From the IMG/VR virus record IMGVR_UViG_3300025096_000026, positions 1-53,203 of that record: a stretch of 53,203 bases of DNA, one strand, 5' to 3'. The first letter of the stretch is position 1. Each line of letters begins with the position of its first letter. The position numbers and the translations under genes were made by a program. The notes under the pieces were generated by a model that searched no databases, was not told the DNA's origin, and saw nothing but the letters and a program-made list of their open reading frames with translations. Below are positions 26,145-35,540 of this stretch, one piece after another. Origin of the DNA: a virus. Its lineage: Duplodnaviria > Caudoviricetes.

Positions 26145-27890
26145 CTAGTCATTCATGTCGCGAACGATCACGAGACCATACATATCTGGACGCACCATCT
26201 TCTTGGCGTAACGGGTCATGACACCCTTGCGAGGTACGAAGTCCTCGACGCCGAAGATAGTAGGCGTGGTCTGCAGCGGCACATAAGGTGCGTACACATA
26301 GCCACTCTCAAGGAAGCTACTTCCACGTCGGCCCACAAGGAGCAGATTACGCGGGAAGTAAGGATCGACGATAACGTCGAACTTCTTCGAAAGCGAACCA
26401 ACCTTAACAGCACCCGCGTCGCCGCGGTCGCTATCAGCAGTCACATTGGCACGGAAGCCAGCCGTGAACTCAAGGATGTTGGCAACTTCAGGTGAACACA
26501 CCACGAAGTTAGCAGCACCACGGAGAGTCTTGCGGTGGATCTGTGCGGAGACGTCATTGATGGTCTCAATGAGAGTCTCATACCACTCACTCACGTTACC
26601 CGTGAAGTCTGGCGTAGTGGACGAACCAATTTCTGCACCAGTTTCGCGATTAACGAAGCGACCAGCAGCGCGGGACCAGTAACGAACGCCAGCGGTTGCG
26701 CCGCGGACGAGGTCGTCAAGGATCTCACGATCGATCTCAAGGGCGATCTGCTCAGACAGAATCTGAGTAAGTTCGACCTCGGCATCAAGGTTGTGGTAGG
26801 CGTTAAGATCTTGTCCCAACTCCGGGGTCCACTTGGCCTTGAGCTTCTTAGTGATCGCGGTGACGGCCACCGAGTCGACCTTGATGTCGATCTCAGGGAT
26901 TCGCTCACTGCCTTCCAGTCCCCACGTCGTGGATGCAGCCACCGAACCAACGGCGCCTCCAGCCTGGAAGCGGTCAACAGACGGGAATGACAACGGATGT
27001 GTCTGGCCCGGGTGACCGTCAATGGTACCCTGCTCGATCGACGAAGTCAACACAGCAGCAGTACTGGAACCCAAGAAACCAACGATAACGTTGTTATCGC
27101 GGTCCGATCCGGAGAACTGAGTCAAACGACGCAGCTGCGAACCAGAAACAGTGCTTGTGTCAAAAGTAAGAGCAATCAAATCATCATAGTTAAACTGAGT
27201 ATTCGAAATCGTACCCGTCAGCTCTGTGCGCTGAAGTTCATAGAACGCCACAACAGACGAACCAGACGTAAGGCCCGGATCATACTGGCAGAGACGATCC
27301 AGAGTTGCATCACCATTACCATAAGTACCCTTCTGCAGCGGAGTAACCTTAGCAGAAAGATTAAAGTTAATATTGGTTGATCCAGTTGGAGAGGAGAAAC
27401 CGTTGTTAAGAGCATACGGTCCACGCTCTGCCCAAACGCCCGTCAGCGTAATGCCGCCGGTGATTTGGGAACCAACTTCGTCGCCACCATAAATCGACTC
27501 ATCAGCAATGTTGCCGAGGCGCGATGTAATAGTGTCGTTTGGTCCTAGATTTGGCGAATACACGAAATCCAGGAAGAAGATGAGGCCACTGGGGAGACTC
27601 ATCGGCTGAACGCTAACGAGATCGTTGGCGATCAGATTGCCGAAAACACGGCGAACGAGGGGGAATGCGACAGCCGCAAAGCCCTCAACGTCGCCAGCAG
27701 CCATGCTGGACGACTCACGGAGTAGCTCTTTTGCTTGGTTCTCAAGCAATCGGGCCATACCGTTCCGATTGGCATCATCGCCGATACCTTCTAAAAGGCC
27801 CGTCTGTTCCCATTTGGAAATCAGAGCAGAACCTTCCGCAGAAAGGTCACGATTGACAATACCTTCGGTTAATTTTTGTACAATAGACAT
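26145..27890 (-). CDS. Major capsid protein (T4 gp23-like)
   Basis: FPLVRRVF, VSVQPMSLPSGLIFFLDF, KLKAKWTPELGQDLNAYH, LEIDREIL, YAPYVPL and PRKGVMTRY; strong AGGAGG SD. Confidence 0.96.
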   Translation of the reverse strand: MSIVQKLTEGIVNRDLSAEGSALISKWEQTGLLEGIGDDANRNGMARLLENQAKELLRESSSMAAGDVEGFAAVAFPLVRRVFGNLIANDLVSVQPMSLPSGLIFFLDFVYSPNLGPNDTITSRLGNIADESIYGGDEVGSQITGGITLTGVWAERGPYALNNGFSSPTGSTNINFNLSAKVTPLQKGTYGNGDATLDRLCQYDPGLTSGSSVVAFYELQRTELTGTISNTQFNYDDLIALTFDTSTVSGSQLRRLTQFSGSDRDNNVIVGFLGSSTAAVLTSSIEQGTIDGHPGQTHPLSFPSVDRFQAGGAVGSVAASTTWGLEGSERIPEIDIKVDSVAVTAITKKLKAKWTPELGQDLNAYHNLDAEVELTQILSEQIALEIDREILDDLVRGATAGVRYWSRAAGRFVNRETGAEIGSSTTPDFTGNVSEWYETLIETINDVSAQIHRKTLRGAANFVVCSPEVANILEFTAGFRANVTADSDRGDAGAVKVGSLSKKFDVIVDPYFPRNLLLVGRRGSSFLESGYVYAPYVPLQTTPTIFGVEDFVPRKGVMTRYAKKMVRPDMYGLVIVRDMND

Positions 27891-27917
27891 TTTGTATAAC
27901 CTCCTAGTATGTTATTG

Positions 27918-29072
27918 TTATTTATTCAAACCTGCTAAACGCAGCATACGATCCATCTTAGGATCGCGTTTTGCCGTGTTGTTTTTCTTAGAATTGATCA
28001 AAAGCGATGTAGGTCTCTGAACTGCTTCACGAAGTGTCTGTGGGCGTACACGGGGATCAGCCGTTGCCCCCACTGCGTTTTGAATTGTTTCATAGATCAT
28101 ACTTGCTTCTTCAACAGAAGTGGCGGATTGAACAGCTTCGACAATTTGATTTTTTTGTCGCTCATTCAAGGAGGCGCTGCTAAGTGCCTTGTTTTGATAA
28201 ACAAGCTTGGCGTTTTCCAAGTTCAGCTGAGTCAGCTGAGTCTTGGATTCAGTTAAAAGGGCATATAGCTCTTTTAGTGATTCTTTAAGTTCAACGACGC
28301 GGGACTCCTCCAGCGTGTCGTCGGGCACCACATCAGGTGCCGTTGATGCATCTTCTTCGATTTCTTCTTCTTCTTCCAGGTGAGCACCCTGGGCCTTGGC
28401 CATGGCATCGTTGTTGGCTTGCTCAATGCTGTTGTCGGCAGAGTTAATAGATGACCATCCCTGTGGTCGAGGGACCATGTCAACAACCAGATCTTCAATA
28501 AGATCGGCCAGCATTTCTTCAGTAAGATTGATGTCTTCGTCTTCTTCTAGATTTTTCATCGCTGCATGCGACTCCTCTTCGGCAGCCGCTGAGCCAGCGT
28601 CGGTGGTATGAGTCATGTCAACGGCGGTTTCGCCAGCTTCTTCGCCCCCGGCGCTCTCAGATTCGCCCGGATCTAGAAAAGTGGTGTCATCATCCACCCC
28701 TTCACTCAACTCCTCCGCTACTTCAGTTGCAACCATTAACGAAGCAGGATCAATTTCTTCCTGATCGATGCGCTCTTTGAGGGCATCAAAATCAATTTCC
28801 ACTAAATCCGCCTCTTCTGGGGCACCCAATTCTTCAGTCTGAAAAGCATAGGGAACATCTTCAGTAAAAGTAGCATCGGCTGCCGCAACAGCAGAGGCCT
28901 CTGGGTCCTCCAGACCCAGGCCGAGATCAAGCTCGTCCTGTTCTAAAAGGGTGTCGAGGGCGCCCTTAACCTCGGCCGAATACTTCTCTAATACAGCATT
29001 TTCGGCGTTTTTAAGTGCGGCTTCCTTAAGGGCTTTAGCGTCAACAATCGCTTCTTCTAACAGTGAAGACAT
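27918..29072 (-). CDS. Prohead scaffolding / core protein (gp22-like)
   Basis: Very acidic and coiled-coil; starts MSSLLEEAIVDAK at 29072 with a GGAG SD, ends RMLRLAGLNK, and lies directly upstream of the capsid gene. Confidence 0.75.
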   Translation of the reverse strand: MSSLLEEAIVDAKALKEAALKNAENAVLEKYSAEVKGALDTLLEQDELDLGLGLEDPEASAVAAADATFTEDVPYAFQTEELGAPEEADLVEIDFDALKERIDQEEIDPASLMVATEVAEELSEGVDDDTTFLDPGESESAGGEEAGETAVDMTHTTDAGSAAAEEESHAAMKNLEEDEDINLTEEMLADLIEDLVVDMVPRPQGWSSINSADNSIEQANNDAMAKAQGAHLEEEEEIEEDASTAPDVVPDDTLEESRVVELKESLKELYALLTESKTQLTQLNLENAKLVYQNKALSSASLNERQKNQIVEAVQSATSVEEASMIYETIQNAVGATADPRVRPQTLREAVQRPTSLLINSKKNNTAKRDPKMDRMLRLAGLNK

Positions 29073-29105
29073 AGAATTACTCCAAATCTGACATCGCGTC
29101 AAAAA

Positions 29106-29112
29106 TAAATAG
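29106..29112 (-). promoter_or_regulatory. Candidate late-promoter motif CTATTTA upstream of the scaffold-capsid operon
   Basis: Instance of the recurrent motif. Confidence 0.55.
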
Positions 29113-29144
29113 TTCGTAAGATGAGGAAATGACTAATAGATGTA

Positions 29145-31553
29145 TTATTCGTAATTTGTAAGTACGCCATTAAGCTTAATATTTTCAATGCAAGTCCGGG
29201 TGGCCATGGTCGAGGCATCGGCACCAGTTTTATAAATGGCAAACATTCCCACCAAGTGACCATTACCAGCTATATCTACACTTACACCAGAAGTATACAA
29301 ATCTGTCCAACTATCGCCATGATCATCGCTATATCTGTATTTCACGGTATCATCTATTACCTCGACTCGAAATAGCCTGTCTTCCGAGAAATCTACCTGG
29401 GCCCGGGCGGTACTTCTTTCGGTACCAGATTCATATACCAAGTAATAGGGAGCCGTTTGTCCGCCCTCGTAACAGTACAGTGCATAATCTATCTCCGTAT
29501 AATTATTAGATGCCGCGGGGTTGCTTCCAGTATACGCCAACCCTATCATGTAGTAATCCCCAGTTAACTGGTCAGCGGTAGGCATAAACTCAATATATCC
29601 ACTACTGCCATCAGTTATCTCAGCGAGAGTAACGGCGCCACTATCCCAACCATACCCTGTATTTGTCCTTATAAATCCACTTCTCTGTCCGATCCCATAA
29701 ACAGTGGTATATGTGGTATTGGTGCGATTTGCAGCCACTTTGGCATTACTATCAATATTAGTAGTAATAGTACCCGCGACCTGCAAACCATTGGTCAGCG
29801 TGTAGGAGAGTCCATCGGTGTTTGATATAGTCATGTCATAGGACCCAGTTTGGGCTGATGCCGTGAGCACCAAACTTAAACTCACTGGACTGTTAAATGT
29901 TAGTGTACCAGCTGAATGCCCGTCTGTGTCAAACTGACTATCAAAGCTAACCGTACTTCCATCCGTAAAGCCATAACCATCTATGTCAATGCTCCCCGTC
30001 GTACTCATCAGGCGCTTATAAGTATCAGCGGACCCATGAGCGGACCCACTAACCCAAGGATCATGAATTGCAGTTGCCACGCCGGTTAATGTAGAGCCGT
30101 CGCCATAGAAGGCAGACGCAGAAACATTCACAGAAGCCGATACGTTGCCGGCAATTGTTAGCTCGTGGTCCTCGGTAGAACTCGGAGCATAGCAGATTCC
30201 GACTTTATCGAATTCTGCGCATGTTCTAATAAGATTTACTTGATTTTCGCCGCCCACCTTTAAATCAATATCAAGCGCGCCATGATTAATAATCATTTTG
30301 TCTTGGCTTCCTTCTTCTATTTTTATAAATGTTCTACCACCAGCAGCTAAACTGATTGTGTCATCTTCAAGTCTAATGAACGTGTCGGCATCCCCATTAT
30401 GATAGAGGTACTCGTCAAATCCGGCGTTTCCGGCTACGTCGAGAGTATAGTCCGGTGATGAAGTGCCTATGCCTACTCGGTTTGAGCCCGTAGCAAACAG
30501 TACGGTCGTACCCTCGGTGGTGTCGGCTCGGAAGATTTGTCCGTCGTCGGATGAAGAAAGATGAAGAAGGGCGTCCGGGTGATTGCTTCCCGCAATACTT
30601 GCGCCGGCACCAATACCTACATAGCCGAGTGCGTCGGCTTGGTCTGAGATTACAAAGCGGTATCCGGGTATACCGCCAGTGCTATCATCAAAGATAGTGA
30701 ACCCATACGCGTCAGATCCCATAGAATAAGCTCGATAGTTAGTAGCATTAAACTGTATGAGGGCATTATCAGCGCCTTCGATGTCGAGCTGCCTGCTGGG
30801 GCTAGCAGTGCCGATGCCGACGTTGCCGTCGCCGCAGACAACGAAAACGTCATCATTGCTGTCCGAATTGGTATAGAATAGATTGTCGCTGTCGCTTCCG
30901 GAAACATGTATCCGTCCCTTGGTATTGGCGGCAGACATGGATGGGAGGCTGAGATCACCGTCGGTGCTTAAACTCATTTTCCAATACGTATTGTCGGTAC
31001 CCCAGGAGATCGCGTCGTAGGAGACGAGGTGGAGATCGCCGCCCTGGGAGAGGATGTTCATGCCGCCGCCGGTCATACCAATGATTTCAGTGCCATTGGT
31101 GCCTTCGATATAAAGTGTAGCAATTCCGCTGGACTCATTAGTCTTTAATACCAAATCTGTTGCATAAAGGGCACGACTAGAACTGATGGCGCCATCGACG
31201 ACCAAGGGGATACCCGAGCCCGACACGGTTACGACGGAGCCATCATAAACAAACCCAGAGTCGCCGCCCGTACTACCGCCATCATTATATTGAACGTTTG
31301 TGTCGGATCCGGCTGGGGATGCTGTGGCTGTGATGTTTTCCAGATTCGAGCCGTCGCCATAGAAAGCTGATGCCGATAGGTTGTGGGAGGAGCTAATCTC
31401 ATTAGTAGACCCAGAGATCGCCATGCACAGTTCGCCGCCGGCCACAAAACCTATGGCGTCCTCAGACCAATCTAAATAAGTGTTTCCCTGGGCATCATCT
31501 TCATTATAGATGTCCCCACGATTAACGGACCCAGTTGCAAATTTGTATGCCAT
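29145..31553 (-). CDS. Fibre / virion appendage protein
   Basis: Contains SASAFYGDGSNL repeats, GNVGIGT.SP repeats and VQYNDGG; probable C-terminal beta-sandwich (lectin-like) domain. Confidence 0.7.
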   Translation of the reverse strand: MAYKFATGSVNRGDIYNEDDAQGNTYLDWSEDAIGFVAGGELCMAISGSTNEISSSHNLSASAFYGDGSNLENITATASPAGSDTNVQYNDGGSTGGDSGFVYDGSVVTVSGSGIPLVVDGAISSSRALYATDLVLKTNESSGIATLYIEGTNGTEIIGMTGGGMNILSQGGDLHLVSYDAISWGTDNTYWKMSLSTDGDLSLPSMSAANTKGRIHVSGSDSDNLFYTNSDSNDDVFVVCGDGNVGIGTASPSRQLDIEGADNALIQFNATNYRAYSMGSDAYGFTIFDDSTGGIPGYRFVISDQADALGYVGIGAGASIAGSNHPDALLHLSSSDDGQIFRADTTEGTTVLFATGSNRVGIGTSSPDYTLDVAGNAGFDEYLYHNGDADTFIRLEDDTISLAAGGRTFIKIEEGSQDKMIINHGALDIDLKVGGENQVNLIRTCAEFDKVGICYAPSSTEDHELTIAGNVSASVNVSASAFYGDGSTLTGVATAIHDPWVSGSAHGSADTYKRLMSTTGSIDIDGYGFTDGSTVSFDSQFDTDGHSAGTLTFNSPVSLSLVLTASAQTGSYDMTISNTDGLSYTLTNGLQVAGTITTNIDSNAKVAANRTNTTYTTVYGIGQRSGFIRTNTGYGWDSGAVTLAEITDGSSGYIEFMPTADQLTGDYYMIGLAYTGSNPAASNNYTEIDYALYCYEGGQTAPYYLVYESGTERSTARAQVDFSEDRLFRVEVIDDTVKYRYSDDHGDSWTDLYTSGVSVDIAGNGHLVGMFAIYKTGADASTMATRTCIENIKLNGVLTNYE

Positions 31554-31557
31554 GCTA

Positions 31558-31564
31558 TAAATAG
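31558..31564 (-). promoter_or_regulatory. Candidate late-promoter motif CTATTTA, 4 nt upstream of the ATG
   Basis: Minus strand CTATTTA-TAGC-ATG with no SD. Confidence 0.5.
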
Positions 31565-31576
31565 AACCCAGAACAC

Positions 31577-31608
31577 AAAAGGGTGGGTATCCCGAAAGAT
31601 ACCCACCC
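31577..31608 (-). terminator. Intrinsic terminator with a UUCG tetraloop
   Basis: Minus strand GGGTGGGTATCT-TTCG-GGATACCCACCC-TTTT. Confidence 0.8.
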
Positions 31609-31651
31609 CAGTTTGTATAGCTATCTCCGAAGAGAAGCTAGAATTGTCTTC

Positions 31652-33076
31652 TTAGAAGATGTGCCAGTCATCAGTACCCGAATCATAGACCAGAGTAATA
31701 GCAGCACCAGCACTGTCAAGAGTGACGGTGGATTCACCATCAATGTCCTTACCACCATTCTTACTTACAATGACGTCGTTAGCCATAGCAGCAGAACGCT
31801 TAATTGCAAGCCAGTCACCATGGACCGGAGCGGCAGGCAAGTTAACAGTAGTTTCAGCACTACCGTTAATAACCAAATAGCTAGACGTCAAGGACGCCAA
31901 AACCGTGGTTACGCCGGCAGCCGGATTCTCAAGACCAGTATAGCGTACGCCACTAGCCATGAAAGCACTTCCCGACATCTGAACAAAATCAGTAACAGCA
32001 TTACCAAGTAACGTCACTCCCGTAGAAGTGAGGTTGGTCGCAGTAATTGCGGCTGCCGAGGCAGCACCAATGGGAGTTCCGTCAATAGCACCGCCATCAA
32101 CGTTAATGTTGGTGATTGCCTGGTTGTTAGCATCAAGTGCGGCGCCCAGAGTTGTAGCTCTGAGGTCATCAATGTATGCAACACCGTCAATGTACAGGTC
32201 CTTCCATTCTTTGGTGGAAGAGCCAAGGTCAATAACACCATCGTTGCTCGGAACAAAGTTAGCACCCACACCACCACTGAGACTAAACTCGTAGTTAGCG
32301 TTGATGTGCATACCGTTCTGATCCATCACAACATTTCCTTGCAAGAAATCAGCAGTGGAAGCGTTAACATCCAGATTGGCACCACTGACTGTGGTGGCAA
32401 TAAGCGTAGCGCTTGAATCAATAGTAACATCACCATTCGAGGCAATAGTGATTGCATCGTCGGTAGTTACAACACCAATCGTCGCACCATCCTGAAGCAG
32501 AAGCTTCTGTCCGGCGATCTGACCAGAACCAGAAATGGTTCCTAGGTTTGCCGCGTTGCGGCTCGAATCAACAATGTTTGTGCCGTTAACGTCGACACCA
32601 GTTGCGCCGTCGATCTTACCACTTACATCAACCGAAGCACCCGTAAAGGCGCCAGCTTCCGATAACGCACCATTCTGCGCCGACCAAGACGCAACATTAA
32701 GCGCACCGGAGCCCGAGAGCAAGCCGCTGCTCGGATTAAAGGTGAGAAGTGCATTGCTCGGGTTAGTAGAACCATCACTAGTTGCCACAGCAATGGCAGC
32801 GCCGTCAGAGCTAGCCGTCTGAGACATGACAAGCATCAAGTCCAAGTTTGCACCAGATCCCGTAACATCAACACTGTCAGACGAAATGCCTGTCAGGTTA
32901 GAACCATCACCGTAAAGAGTGGTAGCACGCATATCATCAGCCCAAACCGTTGCAGGGCGGTTACCGGTGGTACCAATTGTAGACTCACTGTCCGTTCCGA
33001 ACAAAAGATCGAAAGGTCCATTGAGTGTTAAGTTACCGGATAGAGCAGCCGCTCCATCCTGAAATTTATAAGCCAT
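31652..33076 (-). CDS. Fibre / virion appendage protein
   Basis: Starts MAYKFQDG at 33076 (GGAGG SD); LYGDGSNLTG; C-terminal VNLPAAP..GD...NG..IDG...L.Y....W domain typical of T4 gp9/gp10/gp34-type modules. Confidence 0.7.
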   Translation of the reverse strand: MAYKFQDGAAALSGNLTLNGPFDLLFGTDSESTIGTTGNRPATVWADDMRATTLYGDGSNLTGISSDSVDVTGSGANLDLMLVMSQTASSDGAAIAVATSDGSTNPSNALLTFNPSSGLLSGSGALNVASWSAQNGALSEAGAFTGASVDVSGKIDGATGVDVNGTNIVDSSRNAANLGTISGSGQIAGQKLLLQDGATIGVVTTDDAITIASNGDVTIDSSATLIATTVSGANLDVNASTADFLQGNVVMDQNGMHINANYEFSLSGGVGANFVPSNDGVIDLGSSTKEWKDLYIDGVAYIDDLRATTLGAALDANNQAITNINVDGGAIDGTPIGAASAAAITATNLTSTGVTLLGNAVTDFVQMSGSAFMASGVRYTGLENPAAGVTTVLASLTSSYLVINGSAETTVNLPAAPVHGDWLAIKRSAAMANDVIVSKNGGKDIDGESTVTLDSAGAAITLVYDSGTDDWHIF

Positions 33077-33269
33077 TTTAAATCCTCCTATAGATTGTGT
33101 TGGCAAAACGGGTAATTATACGATTAGCGTTTAGAGCATCACGCGCGGACTCCATCCTAGGAGGGGCAGATAAAGCAAAAACCCAAATTCACATCCGTTT
33201 TATGTATCAATTAGTCATCCCACGACGAAAAAGGCAAACTAAAATAAGTTTTTCAAAGAAAGTTACAAA

Positions 33270-34772
33270 TTAATAGATATACCAAGCACTTACCCCATCC
33301 GTATAAATATTTATCGAACCGTAATTACTCCCTATCCGAACGCCCGTCACTCCGTCAATAGTGTCAGGAGATGTTGGCGAGATAATAATGTTATTAGAAG
33401 AAGCATTTCCCCCCTCATCTTTAAACACAAAAGTTTGTCCGTCAGTAAAGCCAGCCGCGGCTGGTAACGTGTGGGTCACCGTGTTGGATGTAGTATCTGA
33501 GCCTACAAAATAATCCGTTGTCAGCAACGTATAAGTGGCTGCAGATACCAATGTACGCTGGTGTATAAGCGCCCCCGATAGGTGCGTAGATCCCGACACA
33601 TAGAGTTGTGAAGATGGGCTAGTGGTTCCCCCCACATTTAGGCTACTAGTGGTATAGGCATTGCTAGCATCAAGAACACTAAACACGCTGTCGGCGGCCG
33701 AAATTCCTGTTAATTTAGAGCCATCGCCATAAAACGACGAAGCTGAGACATTCACACTAGCCGACAGAGACCCGCTGATAGATACAGTATGATCGGGTGT
33801 ATTGCTGGTACCAAACGACACGCTGCTCGTAGTATAGGCTGCAGTGGCCGTAAGGGTAGAAAACACGCTATCGGTGGCTGAGATTCCTGATAATTTAGAC
33901 CCATCGCCATAAAACGCAGAGGCCGATATATTAACGGAGGCACTCATGTCACCCGTTAAAGACAAAGTATCGCTAGCAGTTAAAAATAAAAGCGCAGAGC
34001 TTCCGCTAAAGGAGCCCGCCGATGAATGAAATTGCAAAGAGCCAGTTGGGCCGGTCGCATTCGTGCCTGCAGCCGAAATTGTAAGGGCACTCATGCGACC
34101 ACCATCCGTCAATGTAATGCCGGTGCCGGCGGCCAAATAACGACCATTAACTAATTTAGTATTTCGAGTTAACGTAATGTAATCAGCATCAACCGGAGGA
34201 TAGGGAGCACTTCGAGGTTCCGGTGCTGTAGAGCCATCAACGGTATCAACGGCTGTGTCGACCGGACGCGTGATTCCCGGCATCACCTGAAAGTTGCCGG
34301 CTCGGGCTTGAACGCAGTCGGCGGTTATTTGAAACTTATGCTCAACTTGACCAAAGTAGTAGCGTGTATCGTTGTAGGTTCGTACAATTTCATAAAACCT
34401 CTCCCCATATTGAATGAAGTCGCCCACGCGGACGTAAAGGTTTTGATCGGCTGTCAGGCGTTTGCGGTGAAAATTAACAGTTAATTTTTCTTCATACTCA
34501 TAACCGTATCGATCATTGGTCTGCTCATTCTCAACGGTAACATATGCGAACACACGAACCGGAGGGAGCGACACCTTTTCAATCGCTTCACCATAAATGT
34601 CACTGAAATTAGAATCTTCGATGCTTATTGGATAATAAGCAATAGTCTGTCCGACGACGCGTTCGGCCAACTCATCGTTGACCTGTTTTACTAAATCCCG
34701 CTCTTTTTGGCCGAAGAACATCGGCGCGGGCGGGTTAACAGGTTGCGACCACTTATTTTTAGGATCAGCCAT
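33270..34772 (-). CDS. Neck protein (gp14-like) fused to a fibre-like C-terminal region
   Basis: The N-terminal ~160 aa (ERDLVKQVNDEL..VGQ...IYGEA...VGDFIQYG..FYEI) is head-closure-like; the C-terminal half has fibre repeats. Confidence 0.7.
   Translation of the reverse strand: MADPKNKWSQPVNPPAPMFFGQKERDLVKQVNDELAERVVGQTIAYYPISIEDSNFSDIYGEAIEKVSLPPVRVFAYVTVENEQTNDRYGYEYEEKLTVNFHRKRLTADQNLYVRVGDFIQYGERFYEIVRTYNDTRYYFGQVEHKFQITADCVQARAGNFQVMPGITRPVDTAVDTVDGSTAPEPRSAPYPPVDADYITLTRNTKLVNGRYLAAGTGITLTDGGRMSALTISAAGTNATGPTGSLQFHSSAGSFSGSSALLFLTASDTLSLTGDMSASVNISASAFYGDGSKLSGISATDSVFSTLTATAAYTTSSVSFGTSNTPDHTVSISGSLSASVNVSASSFYGDGSKLTGISAADSVFSVLDASNAYTTSSLNVGGTTSPSSQLYVSGSTHLSGALIHQRTLVSAATYTLLTTDYFVGSDTTSNTVTHTLPAAAGFTDGQTFVFKDEGGNASSNNIIISPTSPDTIDGVTGVRIGSNYGSINIYTDGVSAWYIY
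33645..33950 (-). repeat. Two-copy tandem repeat with 180-nt (60-aa) period inside the neck-fibre gene
   Basis: SASVNISASAFYGDGSKLSGISATDSVFS..AYTTSS versus SASVNVSASSFYGDGSKLTGISAADSVFS..AYTTSS; DNA matches at 33681 and 33861. Confidence 0.8.
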
Positions 34773-34875
34773 TTAGTGGCCCTCCCCAAAAGCCTTCACA
34801 TTTATGTAGTTGCGAATTCTCTTTTAAGAATGCCTCGTATGCCATTTGTCGCCATAGCCCCAACCACGGCTCCTC

Positions 34876-35274
34876 CTAGCCTACGCCGGATGAGCCAGAC
34901 CAGTTCGAACCTTCGGGAGAGTTGGCCGTATTGTTGATGGTATCGGTATTAATTCCTGTTAAACCTGCAATCACGTCAACATCGGACGCACCACTGAGAT
35001 AAAGTTCAGTTAATTTAACTTCCCAAATTTGACTGGTAGATCCGCTAGTGATCGTAAAATAGTTATCGTTTGCACCAGCAGTAACACCGTTGGCTGAAAA
35101 GCCTACTTTGACCGCGCTCGCGGTGTTGTTCTTAACTTGCACCCACTTAGTCACGTAGGGAAATCCCACAACCGTGGTGCTGCTAGCGTCAATACCGCCC
35201 TTGGCAAACGGTTTACCAGAAACCTGGTAAGATCCCACGTTCTGTAATCCTACCGTATAATTAAAATGTGACAT
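34876..35274 (-). CDS. Hypothetical protein, probably a virion (decoration-type) protein
   Basis: 132 aa, beta-rich; GGAG SD and CTATTTA motif upstream. Confidence 0.65.
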   Translation of the reverse strand: MSHFNYTVGLQNVGSYQVSGKPFAKGGIDASSTTVVGFPYVTKWVQVKNNTASAVKVGFSANGVTAGANDNYFTITSGSTSQIWEVKLTELYLSGASDVDVIAGLTGINTDTINNTANSPEGSNWSGSSGVG

Positions 35275-35292
35275 GTTTCTTTCTCCGTCTAT

Positions 35293-35299
35293 TAAATAG
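35293..35299 (-). promoter_or_regulatory. Candidate late-promoter motif CTATTTA
   Basis: Instance of the recurrent motif, between rpsU and the 35274 gene. Confidence 0.5.
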
Positions 35300-35315
35300 C
35301 ACGCTAAATGCTGTT

Positions 35316-35537
35316 TTATCTAAACAATTTAGCATCCTTTTTCCTTTGTAGCTTTTGTTTCTCGCGAACAGCCTTCTGGTGTTTAATTTTTCTTTTCACG
35401 CTAGGCTTTATATAATAACTCGTTTTTTCTCTATAAATCTCTAGGACGCGTTCCTTTTTGCATTTTTTACTAAAGCGGCGAATAAGTCGTTCACTAGACT
35501 CTCCGCGCCTCAATTCAACCGCCACATTCGTTGCCAT
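35316..35537 (-). CDS. rpsU: Ribosomal protein bS21
   Basis: 73 aa and very basic; GESSERLIRRFSKKC...YYIKPSVKRK matches the bS21 E..E..LRRFK..C and Y.KPS.KR motifs. Confidence 0.88.
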   Translation of the reverse strand: MATNVAVELRRGESSERLIRRFSKKCKKERVLEIYREKTSYYIKPSVKRKIKHQKAVREKQKLQRKKDAKLFR

Positions 35538-35540
35538 GGC

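Noticed and set aside
34773-34875. Short ORFs in the gap upstream of the neck-fibre gene
   Set aside because: Two competing 17-26 codon frames exist with no distinguishing support.
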